A stretch of 64,000 bases of DNA from Candidatus Melainabacteria bacterium 17Bon1m (lineage in GTDB: Bacteria > Cyanobacteriota > Vampirovibrionia > Obscuribacterales > Obscuribacteraceae), in NCBI GenBank assembly GCA_032128875.1, contig JAVLKG010000004.1:608001-672000 (forward strand). Reading direction: 5' to 3'. The first letter of the stretch is position 1. Every line of letters starts with the position of its first letter. The position numbers and the translations under genes were made by a program. Positions 19,715 to 30,893 of the stretch are shown piece by piece. The notes below the pieces were generated by a model. The model was not told the DNA's origin. It saw nothing but the letters and a program-made list of their open reading frames with translations, and did no database searches.

Positions 19715-20951
19715 CGCCGAATTCGCTTGTCTTCAGCTTGGTAGCTCCGCTCATCAAGCGCTCGAGGTCATAGGTGACCTTCTTCTGCTGGATGGTCTTC
19801 GCCAATCCTTCGTGAATCAAGTTGCAAGCTTCGGTCCAGCCCATGTACTCAAGCATCATTGCGCCGGAAAGAATTACCGAACCCGGGTTGATGACGTCTT
19901 TGTCAGCGTACTTGGGTGCAGTGCCGTGTGTGGCTTCGAAGATAGCGCAATCGTCGCCGATGTTGGCGCCAGGGGCGATACCGAGTCCGCCTACTTGAGC
20001 GGCGCACGCATCAGAGAGATAGTCTCCGTTCAAGTTGGTGGTGGCGAGAACCGAGTATTCATCCGGTCTGGTCAACACTTGTTGGAACATAGAGTCAGCG
20101 ATTCTGTCGTTGAGAAGAATCTTGTCGGCTGGCATTTTGCCATCCATCTTGTCCCAGAGGGTTTCTTCGCTAACGATTTTGGATTTGAAAGGCTCTTCGC
20201 CTGCAGCCAATTCATAACCCCAGTCTCTGAAAGCACCTTCAGTGAACTTTTGGATGTTGCCTTTGTGAACCATGGTGACGCTCTTCTTGCCGCGTGCGAT
20301 GGCGTATTCCATTGCACGCTTGATCAAGCGTTGCGAGCCGAATTTGGAAATTGGCTTGATGCCGATACCGGAATCCGGACGCACTTTCTTGCCGAGGCTC
20401 TCGCAGAGGTCGATGAACTTCTTAGCTTCCGGCGAACCAGCGACGTACTCGATACCGGAGTATACGTCTTCAGTGTTTTCACGGAAGATAACAACATCGA
20501 GCTTCTCAGGTGCCACTACTGGTGAAGGCACACCCTTGAAGTAGCGAACCGGACGTACGCAGCAATACAGATCGAAGATCTGACGGAGTGAAACGTTCAA
20601 GCTGCGGATGCCACCACCAACCGGGGTGGTCAACGGTCCTTTGATACCTACGCCGAACTCTTTGAGAGCGGCCAGGGTGTCTTCAGGAAGCCATTCGCCA
20701 GTTTGATCCTTTGCTTTTTCACCAGCATAGACTTCAAACCATTTGATGGACTTCTCTTCACCGTACGCTTTCTTGACAGCAGCGTCGATTACTCTTACCG
20801 ATGCTTTCCAAATGTCGCGACCAGTCCCGTCTCCTTCGATAAAAGGAATGATGGGGTGGTTGGGGGTAATCGGCTTGCCGTCCTTGAAGGTGATCTTCTC
20901 GCCTTGCGGAACTTTGAGGCCGTTGTAAGTCTTATCAATCACTTGTCCCAT
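19692..20951 (-). CDS. icd: NADP-dependent isocitrate dehydrogenase (likely start ATG 20951)
   Basis: [63 protein letters not shown]. Confidence 0.97.
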   Translation of the reverse strand: MGQVIDKTYNGLKVPQGEKITFKDGKPITPNHPIIPFIEGDGTGRDIWKASVRVIDAAVKKAYGEEKSIKWFEVYAGEKAKDQTGEWLPEDTLAALKEFGVGIKGPLTTPVGGGIRSLNVSLRQIFDLYCCVRPVRYFKGVPSPVVAPEKLDVVIFRENTEDVYSGIEYVAGSPEAKKFIDLCESLGKKVRPDSGIGIKPISKFGSQRLIKRAMEYAIARGKKSVTMVHKGNIQKFTEGAFRDWGYELAAGEEPFKSKIVSEETLWDKMDGKMPADKILLNDRIADSMFQQVLTRPDEYSVLATTNLNGDYLSDACAAQVGGLGIAPGANIGDDCAIFEATHGTAPKYADKDVINPGSVILSGAMMLEYMGWTEACNLIHEGLAKTIQQKKVTYDLERLMSGATKLKTSEFGDAIISNM

Positions 20952-21282
20952 TGTTTCACCCTTATTTCCACGCTTACTCAAAATAGATGACACCGAATCA
21001 AAGGCGGCAGAAGCTCGTCCTCGGTTCGATTTCAAGGAATGAGAATAACACCGGATCTCCTACAACCCAGAAACCGCAAGCAAATGATCCGTTTTTGATT
21101 ACATTGCCAAGAAGATGAAAACATCATAATTTCCTGCACTGGCCGCGCTTTGCGGATAAATTTGGTTGCGGGGAGAGCCAACTTCACCGGCTTAATGGTC
21201 GGCTGGAAAAAAGACGGTTAACGGTCTTTTTTCTAAGTCCATAAGTTTGCTCTGAAAAGTACCAGTTGCCAGGAGAAATGAC

Positions 21283-22869
21283 GTGGATCTTGCTCTTTCA
21301 CTCAGGCGTGCGGTTTCGCTCTACGGGCATCACGAAGCCATTTGCGACCAGGACATCAGGTACACATATCGGCAGTTTGGAGAAAGGGTGGCTGCGCTCA
21401 GCAAAGGACTGTCCAAGCTTGGCGTGAAAAAGGGCGAAACCGTAGCGATAGTTTGCCCAAACACGCACCACTACATGGAAGCCTATTACGCCTGTGCTGT
21501 AGCCGGTATCGTCTTGAACCCCTTGAATTTCCGGCTGGCGGCTAAGGAAATTTCGACAATTCTTGCTGACAGCAGTGCAAGGGCGATAATCGTTCATCAC
21601 GACTTTGCAGATCTCTTTAAAAGCGCGATGTCCTACGGTGACATTGCCGGATTTGACCACCTTATCTACATCGGCGAAGGCGCGCTTGATAGCAAACTGA
21701 AGCAGCAGGCATATGAAGCCGTAATCAAAAGCAATGACGGCGCCGAATTACCGGATATTGCAATCAACGGCTCTGATTTGGCTCAGCTGTACTACACGAG
21801 TGGAACAACCGGCCGAGCGAAAGGAGTAATGCTCACGCAGGAGAATGTTACATCTCACGCTTTGGCTTCCATTCCAGAATTTGAACTAAGCGATGCTGAC
21901 ACCTGGGCTCATATTGGTCCACTTTTCCATCTTGTCGATGCATGGGCAGTGTTTGCAGGTACTTGGGTAGGAGCCCGCCATGTATTTGCTCCTTACTTTA
22001 GAGCAGAAGAGGTTCTAGATCTTTTCCAAAAGGAAAAGGTGACAAAGACCGCTCTTGTTCCCACCATGCTGAATGCACTCTTGAATGAACCATCGGTAAA
22101 AGACCGTTCTTTCCCAACTTTGGAAGTAATTACCACTGCAGGCTCACCCGTCGCACCAGAAATCGTGAAGCGCACATGTGAAACATTCGGCTGCCAATAC
22201 TGGCAATTTTATGGAATGACAGAATGCAGTCCTCTGCTCACCATCAGCAAGCCAAAATCAAGCATGAAGGTTTGGCCCGCTGAAAAACTGCTTGCAGTCA
22301 CTAGTAGAACAGGTCGGACTGTTATTGGAGTAGAACTAAAAGTCGTAAAAGACGATGGCTCTGAAGTAGCGCGCGACGACCAAGAAGTCGGTGAGATTGT
22401 TGTGCGTGGACCATCAATAACCCCAGGATATTGGAAGCAACCGGAAGCCACGAGCGCCACAATCGTTGATGGTTGGCTGCACACCGGAGACCTTGCCGTG
22501 GTCGATTCAGAAGGATATGTGAATATTGTCGATCGCAAGAAAGACATGATTATTACCGGCGGTGAAAATGTTTTTTCAACAGAAGTCGAATATTGTTTGT
22601 ACGAACATCCGGATATCGTAGAATGCGCAGTCTTTGGAATCCCTGATAAAGACTGGGGAGAGAAGGTCAAAGCGGTCATCGTGAAACGTGAGGGTTCTTC
22701 AATCGCAGAAGCCGATGTGATTGCTTATGTGCGAACAAAATTAGCTGCGTACAAGGCTCCACGCAGTGTAGATTTCCTGGAAGCATTGCCTAAAACAGGT
22801 AGCGGCAAGATCTACAAGAAAGGCTTGCGAGATCCCTATTGGGAAAAACAAGGCAAGCACATCAACTAA
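21283..22869 (+). CDS. Long-chain acyl-CoA synthetase (AMP-binding family)
   Basis: YYTSGTTGRAKG, YGMTE, HTGDL, DRKKDMIITGGENV, PKTGSGKI. Confidence 0.93.
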   Translation: MDLALSLRRAVSLYGHHEAICDQDIRYTYRQFGERVAALSKGLSKLGVKKGETVAIVCPNTHHYMEAYYACAVAGIVLNPLNFRLAAKEISTILADSSARAIIVHHDFADLFKSAMSYGDIAGFDHLIYIGEGALDSKLKQQAYEAVIKSNDGAELPDIAINGSDLAQLYYTSGTTGRAKGVMLTQENVTSHALASIPEFELSDADTWAHIGPLFHLVDAWAVFAGTWVGARHVFAPYFRAEEVLDLFQKEKVTKTALVPTMLNALLNEPSVKDRSFPTLEVITTAGSPVAPEIVKRTCETFGCQYWQFYGMTECSPLLTISKPKSSMKVWPAEKLLAVTSRTGRTVIGVELKVVKDDGSEVARDDQEVGEIVVRGPSITPGYWKQPEATSATIVDGWLHTGDLAVVDSEGYVNIVDRKKDMIITGGENVFSTEVEYCLYEHPDIVECAVFGIPDKDWGEKVKAVIVKREGSSIAEADVIAYVRTKLAAYKAPRSVDFLEALPKTGSGKIYKKGLRDPYWEKQGKHIN

Positions 22870-22884
22870 CTTAGGAAAGAAACG

Positions 22885-23505
22885 ATGCCTGAGATAGATC
22901 CAGAAAACCTGGCCGAAAGGACAGTTTTGCATGAAGGGTTGGAGCAGAATGGATCACACGCAGACTTGCCGGCCGCTGAGATTGCGAAGAACTCGCTTGC
23001 AGACAGCAAAGAAAGTGCCCAAGTTTCAACTTTTCGCCCCAGCAATAGAAGCACGACAGCCAGTCGAGATTTCAACACAATAGATATCGATAGTCCTTTC
23101 GTTCATTTCACTACAGCTTCAGTGCTTTTCGTGCTTCTCATTGCAGTAAGTGTTTCATTCGTCGCATCAACCTATGCTTGGCCAACACAACTGTCCTGGC
23201 CGATTGCCGACGGTCAAGTGAAAAAAATAGAAGTACGTGGCAAGCGTGCAGCTCGTTTTTATTATGACTATTCAATTGGCAACAGGACCTTTGAGGGAAT
23301 GAATCTCAAATCAGATTCACTTGAACACACAATCAAAGTAGGGGACAGAGTCCACGTACGCTACAATCCGAACGACACCCGCGAATCGGTCATGGAGGGA
23401 GGATTTAACGTATTGGAGACGCCATTTTATCTCCTCGTTTGTTGCGGACTGTTTTTAGCGTTCATAGTCTACTTTGGCAAAGGTCTACGAAAACTTCGCT
23501 CCTAA
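22885..23505 (+). CDS. DUF3592-like membrane protein
   Basis: TM helix, SWPIADGQV, YDYSIGNRTF, VGDRVHVRYNP, second TM helix. Confidence 0.7.
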   Translation: MPEIDPENLAERTVLHEGLEQNGSHADLPAAEIAKNSLADSKESAQVSTFRPSNRSTTASRDFNTIDIDSPFVHFTTASVLFVLLIAVSVSFVASTYAWPTQLSWPIADGQVKKIEVRGKRAARFYYDYSIGNRTFEGMNLKSDSLEHTIKVGDRVHVRYNPNDTRESVMEGGFNVLETPFYLLVCCGLFLAFIVYFGKGLRKLRS

Positions 23506-24675
23506 AACCGCAACTTTCTCAAGCCGCTCAACCTCCTCTCTTGTCAGACCAAGGCCACATAAAACTTCCATTGAATCGTGAGACTTGTCGTCACGTGCCA
23601 CAACATCATTTTCGTCTCTGTTGAAAACAGGCGTTGTCATCTGAGGTACGGCGCCAAGAACTGGATGTGTAGCGTTTACCAATAATTTTCTCTCTTTTGT
23701 GGGCAAGGTGGAAAGTGCCTCCTGCAGAGTATTTACAGGTGACACGCAGCAATCGCTACCATCGAAAATGACATTCCATTCCGCCAGAGTTTTCTTCTCA
23801 ATTTCGCCGGCGAGCGTCGCTTTTAAGTCATGATCTTCTGGTTTTACTATTTTCGGCTTTAAGTCTTCGCGACCAATTAAAGTGCAAAATTTCTCCCAGA
23901 AGGGACGTTCCAGCGATGCGACCGCTAGATATCTGTCATCTTTGCACTTGTATAGACAATAATTAGGCATTTCATTTGGATAGTTGAATCCACCTATAAC
24001 CGGATCAACACCCGTGTACAACAGACCGGTAGTGAGAATGTTCAGAGTGGAAAGCGAGCATTCGAACATACTTATATCAATATGCTTTCCTTTGCCGGTT
24101 GTTTCACGCTCCATCAAATGAGCACTTACAGCGAGTGCACCATAAAGCGCCGACATGTAGTCACTGACGAGTATGCCTGGTAAAGTTGGCGAACCATCAG
24201 GGTTTTTATGTTGGTTTAGAACACCAGACTCCGCGACGAAATTAAGATCGTGACCGGGTCTTTGACTCCATTGGCTTTTCTGTCCATAACCGGAAATCGA
24301 AAGAAAGATCAAACGTGGATTGATTTCAGAAAGTTGTTCAAAGCCGATACCAAGCCGCTCCATGACCTCCGGACGGAAGTTCTCTACGACAACATCAACT
24401 TCTTTTATAAGTCGATGAATTAGTTGCACTCCTTGCGTTTTTTTCAAATCAATCGAAAGACGTTTCTTATTTCTGTGCAAACTCCAATAGTACAAACTCT
24501 CTCCGTCGACGACTGGCGGAAGCCGCTTGCCGAGACCGGGTTCAAGAGGTTCTATCCGTATGACCTGCATGCCCATGTCGGACAGAATTGTCGAACACAA
24601 TTCACCTGGCAGCAGATGTGCAAAATCGAGAACCTTGAACTTCGAAAGAGTAGTGGTGTTCACAGTGTTTTCCAA
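23485..24675 (-). CDS. CaiB/BaiF family III CoA-transferase (methylacyl-CoA racemase-like)
   Basis: KVLDFAHLLPG, RNKKRLSIDLK, DVVVENFRP, ISGYGQ, GHDLNF. Confidence 0.92.
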   Translation of the reverse strand: MENTVNTTTLSKFKVLDFAHLLPGELCSTILSDMGMQVIRIEPLEPGLGKRLPPVVDGESLYYWSLHRNKKRLSIDLKKTQGVQLIHRLIKEVDVVVENFRPEVMERLGIGFEQLSEINPRLIFLSISGYGQKSQWSQRPGHDLNFVAESGVLNQHKNPDGSPTLPGILVSDYMSALYGALAVSAHLMERETTGKGKHIDISMFECSLSTLNILTTGLLYTGVDPVIGGFNYPNEMPNYCLYKCKDDRYLAVASLERPFWEKFCTLIGREDLKPKIVKPEDHDLKATLAGEIEKKTLAEWNVIFDGSDCCVSPVNTLQEALSTLPTKERKLLVNATHPVLGAVPQMTTPVFNRDENDVVARDDKSHDSMEVLCGLGLTREEVERLEKVAVLGAKFS

Positions 24676-24744
24676 TTGAATTTCATACAGTTTGCGGTTA
24701 GAGTCGCTATTATCCCACTAGCATGTCTTCGGTGTTTTCAAGTA

Positions 24745-25035
24745 ATGACAAAGAAAATTACAAAGGGCAGGAAGCGAAAGACAGTCTTTAATGAGCCGCT
24801 GAAGCCATTGCCAGAAGAGGATCGCTATACGGATGCCCCACTCTTTGGACTAGGGAAAGTTTTTCGGATTTTTGATCGCGTTCCGCCATGGGTAATAGCC
24901 GGACAGGGGTTGGTCGTTTCTGCAATCATCTGCTGGTTTGTTGGAAAGTCAGACGCACTCGTATGTACGACCATCGCAATTGGCAGCATTCTCATCTGGG
25001 GCTCAGTCTATGTGGTACTTAAGCGAAAAGAGTGA
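24745..25035 (+). CDS. Small two-TM membrane protein (start ATG 24745; the longer track ORF overlaps the CaiB gene)
   Basis: Basic N-terminus followed by two hydrophobic helices; fills the gap between flanking genes. Confidence 0.6.
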   Translation: MTKKITKGRKRKTVFNEPLKPLPEEDRYTDAPLFGLGKVFRIFDRVPPWVIAGQGLVVSAIICWFVGKSDALVCTTIAIGSILIWGSVYVVLKRKE

Positions 25036-25101
25036 AAACTCCACCGGCTGAGTCATGTCAGATTCAAAAGTTAAGCTATAGTTAGTAGTAGTCTGGCTCA
25101 G

Positions 25102-26364
25102 ATGAGGCTGACATTGAACCGAACACACTTACTGCTTGCTTCCACACTTTCACTGCTCTTTAGCGGAGCGGCATCTTATGCCTCAGAAACGGAAACCTCG
25201 CAGAGTGCCGCCAACCCACATGACGCTTTGGTTTTGATTGAAGAAGGCGATCGGCAATTCCATGCGGATAATCTGAGCGAAGCAATAGCCACCTACAGGA
25301 AAGCTGCGCACGCAGCTCCCCTCAACTCAACTGCACATGAGCGCCTGGCACGCGCCCTCAGCCTCAATGACTCGATGAGAGAGGCGGAGCAAGAAGCAAA
25401 GCAAGCGATAACCTTGGATGGCAAAAACTCATTAGCACATACTTGGTATGGCTGGATCTTGGGCCGGCAGGGCAAATACAAGGCTGCTTTGGCAGAGGAA
25501 ACTGTTGCTGTCGATCTCGATGAAAAAAATGCATTTGCTTATCAAACAATGGGTTTGATACTGACGAGCACTGGCGACTACAACCAGGCTATAAGGGCTT
25601 ACGAGCGAGCGATTCGGCTGGACCCTGATGATTTGGGGTCTTATTTGAATATGGCCGCTGCAATGGGTCGCAAAGGTGACTACGCCGGTGCTGCCAGCGT
25701 GTATCGAAAAGCCATTACGCTGAATAGGCGTTCTTCTCTAGCGCATTTGGGCTTGGGGTCTGCCCTGGGTAAGATTGGCGACCTCGATGGGCAAGTTAAA
25801 GAACTTCAGACCGCAGTGGCACTGTCACCGAAGAGTGCCAATGCGCACGGCAGACTTGGCTTTGCGTACTCTCAAAAGAAAGACTTCCGAAGCGCAATGC
25901 GCGAAGGGATTGTGGCTTCTGTCCTCCGCGTGGAAAACTCTTGGAGTTCCTTCATGCGTGCCATGATCACAACCTGGGCGGCTGTATTCTTAGTCTTCGG
26001 CGCCATTTTTGCATTCGTGTTTTTTGGCTCGCGATTCAAGCCGCAACCGGGAGAAGAAGTTCTAAAATCATATTTTTTGATCTTTCACAAAGACAGACCG
26101 GGACGCTTTATTATCACTTCTCGAAGACTAGTTTATGTTCCGGAAGCCGTTTCCCAGTGGTTTGGCGCCACCCGAATGAGTATCGAAAGAGAGCAAGTCG
26201 AGAGGATTGTTTCGACCAGCAGCGTCAGCGGCGGAGCAATAAGCATCGCCACCAAAGATGGTGTCACGCACAAATTCTCAATGCCAAATCTTGTGCTGGA
26301 CCCACTGTCGAAAAAACTTGATTCACTCAATTTAGGAACACCAACGGATCTAGTTTCTGCTTAA
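25102..26364 (+). CDS. Signal peptide, TPR array, TM helix and C-terminal GRAM/PH-like domain
   Basis: About 7 TPRs; TM WAAVFLVFGAIFAFVFF; PGEEVL...GRFIITSRRLVY. Confidence 0.85.
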   Translation: MRLTLNRTHLLLASTLSLLFSGAASYASETETSQSAANPHDALVLIEEGDRQFHADNLSEAIATYRKAAHAAPLNSTAHERLARALSLNDSMREAEQEAKQAITLDGKNSLAHTWYGWILGRQGKYKAALAEETVAVDLDEKNAFAYQTMGLILTSTGDYNQAIRAYERAIRLDPDDLGSYLNMAAAMGRKGDYAGAASVYRKAITLNRRSSLAHLGLGSALGKIGDLDGQVKELQTAVALSPKSANAHGRLGFAYSQKKDFRSAMREGIVASVLRVENSWSSFMRAMITTWAAVFLVFGAIFAFVFFGSRFKPQPGEEVLKSYFLIFHKDRPGRFIITSRRLVYVPEAVSQWFGATRMSIEREQVERIVSTSSVSGGAISIATKDGVTHKFSMPNLVLDPLSKKLDSLNLGTPTDLVSA

Positions 26365-26375
26365 GCAAATTGATG

Positions 26376-29300
26376 CTAGGCGCCCGGCGGTGTCTGTTCT
26401 CCGCCACCGCTGCCATTGTTGCCGCCATCACTGCCGCTTCCACTTCCCCCATTGAGAATGCTCTTACGCAATTCAACCAATTGCTGCCCAATCTCAGATC
26501 TGGGGTTAATTGCAATTCCACGGGTGCATGTCGCTACCGCATTTGCGCTTTCGCCACGGGTCACCTGGCAATTGGCCAAATGTAGATATAAGATCTGACT
26601 GGTAGGATTCTTCGCAATCGCATCTTCAATTATTTTGATGGCTTTGTCCTGCTGTCCAGAGCCCATCAGCATATCGATGTAGATGACGGTATCTTGCGGT
26701 CCCAGAGCCCCGAGGGGATACAGCGCATCAAACTGACCTGCAGCTTCACCAAGCTGGTCTGCCTGCTTATAAGCGTAAGCAAGATAACGTCTGGCTCTCA
26801 CATCCTTCGGATTCATCTTAACCGCCTGCTCCAATGTTGGAACAGCCGTCAGATAGTCGCCTCGCTTGTATGCGCTGTAGCCGTCATTTATCAATGTATC
26901 GAAGGGTTTAGCTGCAAGTGAAGCCAAATAGGCATCACTCGGACCTTCACGTTGAACACCAGTGGAACGCACGCGTGTGATTTTAGCAAATGCTACGCGA
27001 GCCTTGTCTAGAGCCACTTTTGCATCCGACTGCGAGGGGTCCAGAGCAACAACTTTAGACAAGTCTTCTTGCGCACTGGCAAACTTCTCTTGCTGCAAAT
27101 ACAGCATCCCTCGAGACTTGTATGCGATGACGTTTTTAGGATCGAGCTTCAGTGCCTCACCGAAGTCTTCCGCCGCACGCATTTTGTTGCCGAACTTCAC
27201 GCTAAGCAATCCATGTTTGACAATCGCATCGACATCCGACTTATCCATTTCCATTGCTTTTTCAGTAGTGACAATGCCCTCACCAACCTTGCCAGACGCT
27301 GCCAGAGCATCGGCTAAGGCCAAGATGACATCACTATTGTGTGGAAATTTCGTTTCTGCCTCTTTTAAGTCATCAACAGCTTTTGCGGCTTGTCTATTAG
27401 CAATCTGAAATTGCGAATTGACAATATACAGCTGAGCTGTTTGCTGCGCTCCCATCAGCTGTTTCGCTTTGCCTATGTCTTTTCCGGCAAGATCAAGCTT
27501 ACGATCATTGATATACGCTTGCGCACGCTCAAGCAGAATACTGGAGTCCTTTGGACTGAATTTAATTGCCTTCTCAAACTCGCCATAAGCATCTGCATTC
27601 TTCTTTTGTGCAAGACGCAGTGCTGCTCTCGCGGCATACACAGGACCGCTCTTCGGATTTTTCTTAACGACAGCGTCGAGATCCTTTTGCGCATTAGCAA
27701 TGTCACGCATGCCTATGTAAGCACGCGCCCGCAGAATCAAAACTTCCTTGTTTGCAGGGCTGGCAGCAAGCGCTTTGCCAGCTTCAATGATTGCGCGCTC
27801 GTAAAGTCTTTTCTCATTCGAAACCGCAATCTTGCCGATCATAGCGGGGAGATAATTCGGCTTGCGATCGAGGCATCGATTGTACATGTCTGCCGCTTTC
27901 TGTAAATCGCCAACTCTCAGATAAGCATTAGCCAGGCTAAGCAACTGGTCAAAACGCCAGGATTGCTCGCCTTCTTGTTGCAAGAGCTTCTCATAGTCGG
28001 CAACAGACTGTGCGTAATTTCCCAACTTATAGCTGACAGCTGCTCTACGTTCTAACGCATCTCGCATATCAGGGCTCAATTTGAGAGCCGTATCGTATTC
28101 ATTGTATGCGTCGTTATACTTTTCAGTCAGATAGAGCGCACTTCCCTTCAAGAAGTGAGCTTCGGCGGACAAGGGATACAGAGTCAATGCGATGCCGAGC
28201 GAGCTAAGTGCACCATTGTAATCCTTCTTTTGCAAAGCTTGACGTGCACTAATTGTCTCCGCACGCACAGTCATCACAGCAGCAAGAGTGCTTAATATAG
28301 CTACCGCGGCAATGATCAACATGGCGCGTTTTTGAGGCAAATACGATTTCACCACAGGTAGCGTATGAGCCATCTTCTGCATGACTTTCAGCTTCTCGCG
28401 TGCAATTTCGCGCTCCGGAGACGGCTCTTCGAGAGGAGCAAGACGCGCCACTGCCGGTGATGGCGTTCGTCCCCGCGACCCATCTTTCTTACCTGGTGTC
28501 GCCGATGGTGCGGTGCCTAGATCGGGAAGTTTCGCAAGAACATCTTTGAGACTATCAGTACTAAGAGCATCCAGATTGCTCTCATCTACTTGCTCTTCAA
28601 GCTTCTTGAGGGCAGCAATTATGGCTGCTTTCTTCTCCGGTGACTCTTGCTTAACAGCGTCACGAATCTCGTCTTTGGGAGATTTTACATCTTCTGCTGC
28701 ATCAGCCTTTGCAACAACAGGCTCTGGCAGTTTAAGAATCTGAAGAGCCGCAGTTTCAGCCTGCTCTATTGAATTTTTCTTCTCGGGTTTGTCGATCGAC
28801 TCAGGCTTGTCTTGCCCTTTTTCTGCTTTTGCCTGCGCGCCTTCTGCTCTCTTCTTGGTAACGAAATCGCTGAGCTTGACTCTTTCAGGCTTGTAGAACT
28901 TATCAACGCCGGCGAGTTTTTCTTCTTTTGGCTCTTCTGTCTTAGGTGGAATATCGGTCTTGAGAAAGTCTGGTACATCAGCAGCAGAGCCAGAGAACGC
29001 AACCTCTTCGTCAATAGCTGCGGAGTTTGCAGTGTCAGCTAAAACTTCATCATCGGAATCCGACGCAAACTCTTCAATTTTAGAAATCTCAAGGTTCTCT
29101 GAAACTTCGGAGACTTCCGGAGCTTCCTCCACTTCAGCAGTAGCTGAAACACTAGAAGCTTCCGAAAGTTCCCAGACCTCAGAGACCTCAGAGACTTTAG
29201 AACCGACTGCAGAATCTGCAACCTTCGCATCAGTGGCTTCACCGTCAATGGACTCAGCGTCAATTGACGTGGACTCAATGGCACGCTCAGCGGCTTCGGT

Positions 29301-30893
29301 CTCAATAGCTTCAGTAGTGGTTGGCTCTTCTTTTGCGACAACAGGCGGAGACTTTGCTCTATCGGCAGGTTTTATGACCTTTAGAACACCAGTTAGTGGC
29401 GTATCGTCAGTCGGCTCCATTGCTGCCAAGCCAGATCTAGATGTTTTGGCATCTTGAGGTTCGACAATGACCTTCTTAGGTGCTGTTTCAATTGAAGCAG
29501 CGGAAGGGGCAGCTACTTCAGGCTCATCTTCAGCCAGGAGAGCCGCTAATTCTTCTTCAGGGGTGCGAGAAAGCCTGGAAGTAGTTCCAGTCTTCTCCAT
29601 ATGAGGAGCGTCCTTCTTTCCTTCTTTGGTTTCTTCGCCGGTAGTTCCATCTGCTTTAGCCGCCGATTCTTCTCTTCCAGCAACAGCAGATTTCATCTCT
29701 TCTGTAGCCTTAGGTCCGCCGATACGTTGCGCTTTTATTTCCTTCTTGGATGACTCAATGCGTCCAACTTTTCCTGGAGCACTGGTTGATTTGTCTGTTT
29801 TCTCGTTCTTCTCAAGCTTTTCCTTCTCGACACGTTCTTTCTCTTGGGCTTCTTGCTCCAAGCGCTCACGTTCATCAGCTTTTTGTCTTTCCTGCTCTTC
29901 AAGTTCGCGAGCTTCAGACTCCTCTCGTGCGCGAGCTTCGGCTTCTTCGCGCTCCCTCGCTGCTTCTTCCTCTGCCTCTCTTCGCGCTTCTTCTTGTCTC
30001 GCCTTCAGCTTCGCTGCGGCTTCTTTCTGCAGGCGCTCGCGCTCTGCTATCTCACGCTCGGCTTCTTCTCGTTCTGCCTCTTCCTTCTCAGCCCTGGCTT
30101 TAGCGGCGGCAGCAATTCTTTCTTCTTCAGCTCTTTCTTCGCGATCCTTAGCCTCGCGTTCTTCACGCTCTCGAGCTTCTCGCTCTTCCCTCTCCCGCGA
30201 CTCCTGCTCAGCTCTCTTGAGCAGTCTTGCTTCCAGGGCCGCGCGCTCTCGGGCTTCCTCTTCTTCCTGTTCGCGAGCGAGACGCTCTCTGGCTTCTCTC
30301 TCTGCCCGTTCTTTATCTTCATGCTTCGAACGCACTGCATTTTGCTTGGCGGCAAGTTCTTTGGCTGCTTCTTCTTCCGCCCGTTTCTTCAGGGCTTCTT
30401 CACGCTCCGCGGCTTCTCGGGCTGCGAATTCACGCTCTGCCTTTTCACGCTGCGCAGCGGCTCTTGCCGCCTCTTCACGCTCAGCAGCTGCTTGTTTAGC
30501 ACGCTTAGCAGCAGCTTCTTTCTCCTCCTGTTCTCTTACAGAAGGCGATGCTTGCTGTTGAGGCATTTCCTTGCTTGCGCGTTCGGCACGCACGCGTTCA
30601 ATACGCTCGACTCCATCCTTTGGCGGTTCAGAAAGCGCTTTGAGCTTAGTATTACTAACCTTGCTCATATCGACGGTTTTGTTTATGACAGCGTCAAGTT
30701 CGTCTTCTTCTTCGTTGGCCGTCAAACCCCAGCCCATTGAGAGCTCGTCCATGAGGTTTTCGTCATCAGAATAAATAAAGCCTGCTGGCGGCATCTTGCC
30801 AGGGTTTTGCTTTGAAGACGCGCCGCTGTTAGCGGAGCCTGACCCGCTAGATGGTCTTTTTTGTTCGCCCGAGTCTGTTTTGGGTTTTCCCAT
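26376..30893 (-). CDS. 1505-aa bitopic protein: charged/low-complexity N-terminal region, single TM, long TPR array
   Basis: E/R/A/K-rich block (about aa 115-365), acidic linker, TM AMLIIAAVAILSTLAAVM, more than a dozen TPR-like repeats. Confidence 0.88.
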   Translation of the reverse strand: MGKPKTDSGEQKRPSSGSGSANSGASSKQNPGKMPPAGFIYSDDENLMDELSMGWGLTANEEEDELDAVINKTVDMSKVSNTKLKALSEPPKDGVERIERVRAERASKEMPQQQASPSVREQEEKEAAAKRAKQAAAEREEAARAAAQREKAEREFAAREAAEREEALKKRAEEEAAKELAAKQNAVRSKHEDKERAEREARERLAREQEEEEARERAALEARLLKRAEQESREREEREAREREEREAKDREERAEEERIAAAAKARAEKEEAEREEAEREIAERERLQKEAAAKLKARQEEARREAEEEAAREREEAEARAREESEARELEEQERQKADERERLEQEAQEKERVEKEKLEKNEKTDKSTSAPGKVGRIESSKKEIKAQRIGGPKATEEMKSAVAGREESAAKADGTTGEETKEGKKDAPHMEKTGTTSRLSRTPEEELAALLAEDEPEVAAPSAASIETAPKKVIVEPQDAKTSRSGLAAMEPTDDTPLTGVLKVIKPADRAKSPPVVAKEEPTTTEAIETEAAERAIESTSIDAESIDGEATDAKVADSAVGSKVSEVSEVWELSEASSVSATAEVEEAPEVSEVSENLEISKIEEFASDSDDEVLADTANSAAIDEEVAFSGSAADVPDFLKTDIPPKTEEPKEEKLAGVDKFYKPERVKLSDFVTKKRAEGAQAKAEKGQDKPESIDKPEKKNSIEQAETAALQILKLPEPVVAKADAAEDVKSPKDEIRDAVKQESPEKKAAIIAALKKLEEQVDESNLDALSTDSLKDVLAKLPDLGTAPSATPGKKDGSRGRTPSPAVARLAPLEEPSPEREIAREKLKVMQKMAHTLPVVKSYLPQKRAMLIIAAVAILSTLAAVMTVRAETISARQALQKKDYNGALSSLGIALTLYPLSAEAHFLKGSALYLTEKYNDAYNEYDTALKLSPDMRDALERRAAVSYKLGNYAQSVADYEKLLQQEGEQSWRFDQLLSLANAYLRVGDLQKAADMYNRCLDRKPNYLPAMIGKIAVSNEKRLYERAIIEAGKALAASPANKEVLILRARAYIGMRDIANAQKDLDAVVKKNPKSGPVYAARAALRLAQKKNADAYGEFEKAIKFSPKDSSILLERAQAYINDRKLDLAGKDIGKAKQLMGAQQTAQLYIVNSQFQIANRQAAKAVDDLKEAETKFPHNSDVILALADALAASGKVGEGIVTTEKAMEMDKSDVDAIVKHGLLSVKFGNKMRAAEDFGEALKLDPKNVIAYKSRGMLYLQQEKFASAQEDLSKVVALDPSQSDAKVALDKARVAFAKITRVRSTGVQREGPSDAYLASLAAKPFDTLINDGYSAYKRGDYLTAVPTLEQAVKMNPKDVRARRYLAYAYKQADQLGEAAGQFDALYPLGALGPQDTVIYIDMLMGSGQQDKAIKIIEDAIAKNPTSQILYLHLANCQVTRGESANAVATCTRGIAINPRSEIGQQLVELRKSILNGGSGSGSDGGNNGSGGGEQTPPGA

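Noticed and set aside
19812-20525. 237-aa plus-strand ORF
   Set aside because: Antisense to icd, a common artefact of biased codon usage
29626-30740. Long plus-strand ORFs (311 and 298 aa) rich in S/R/A or F/L
   Set aside because: Antisense shadows of the low-complexity charged region of the 1505-aa gene
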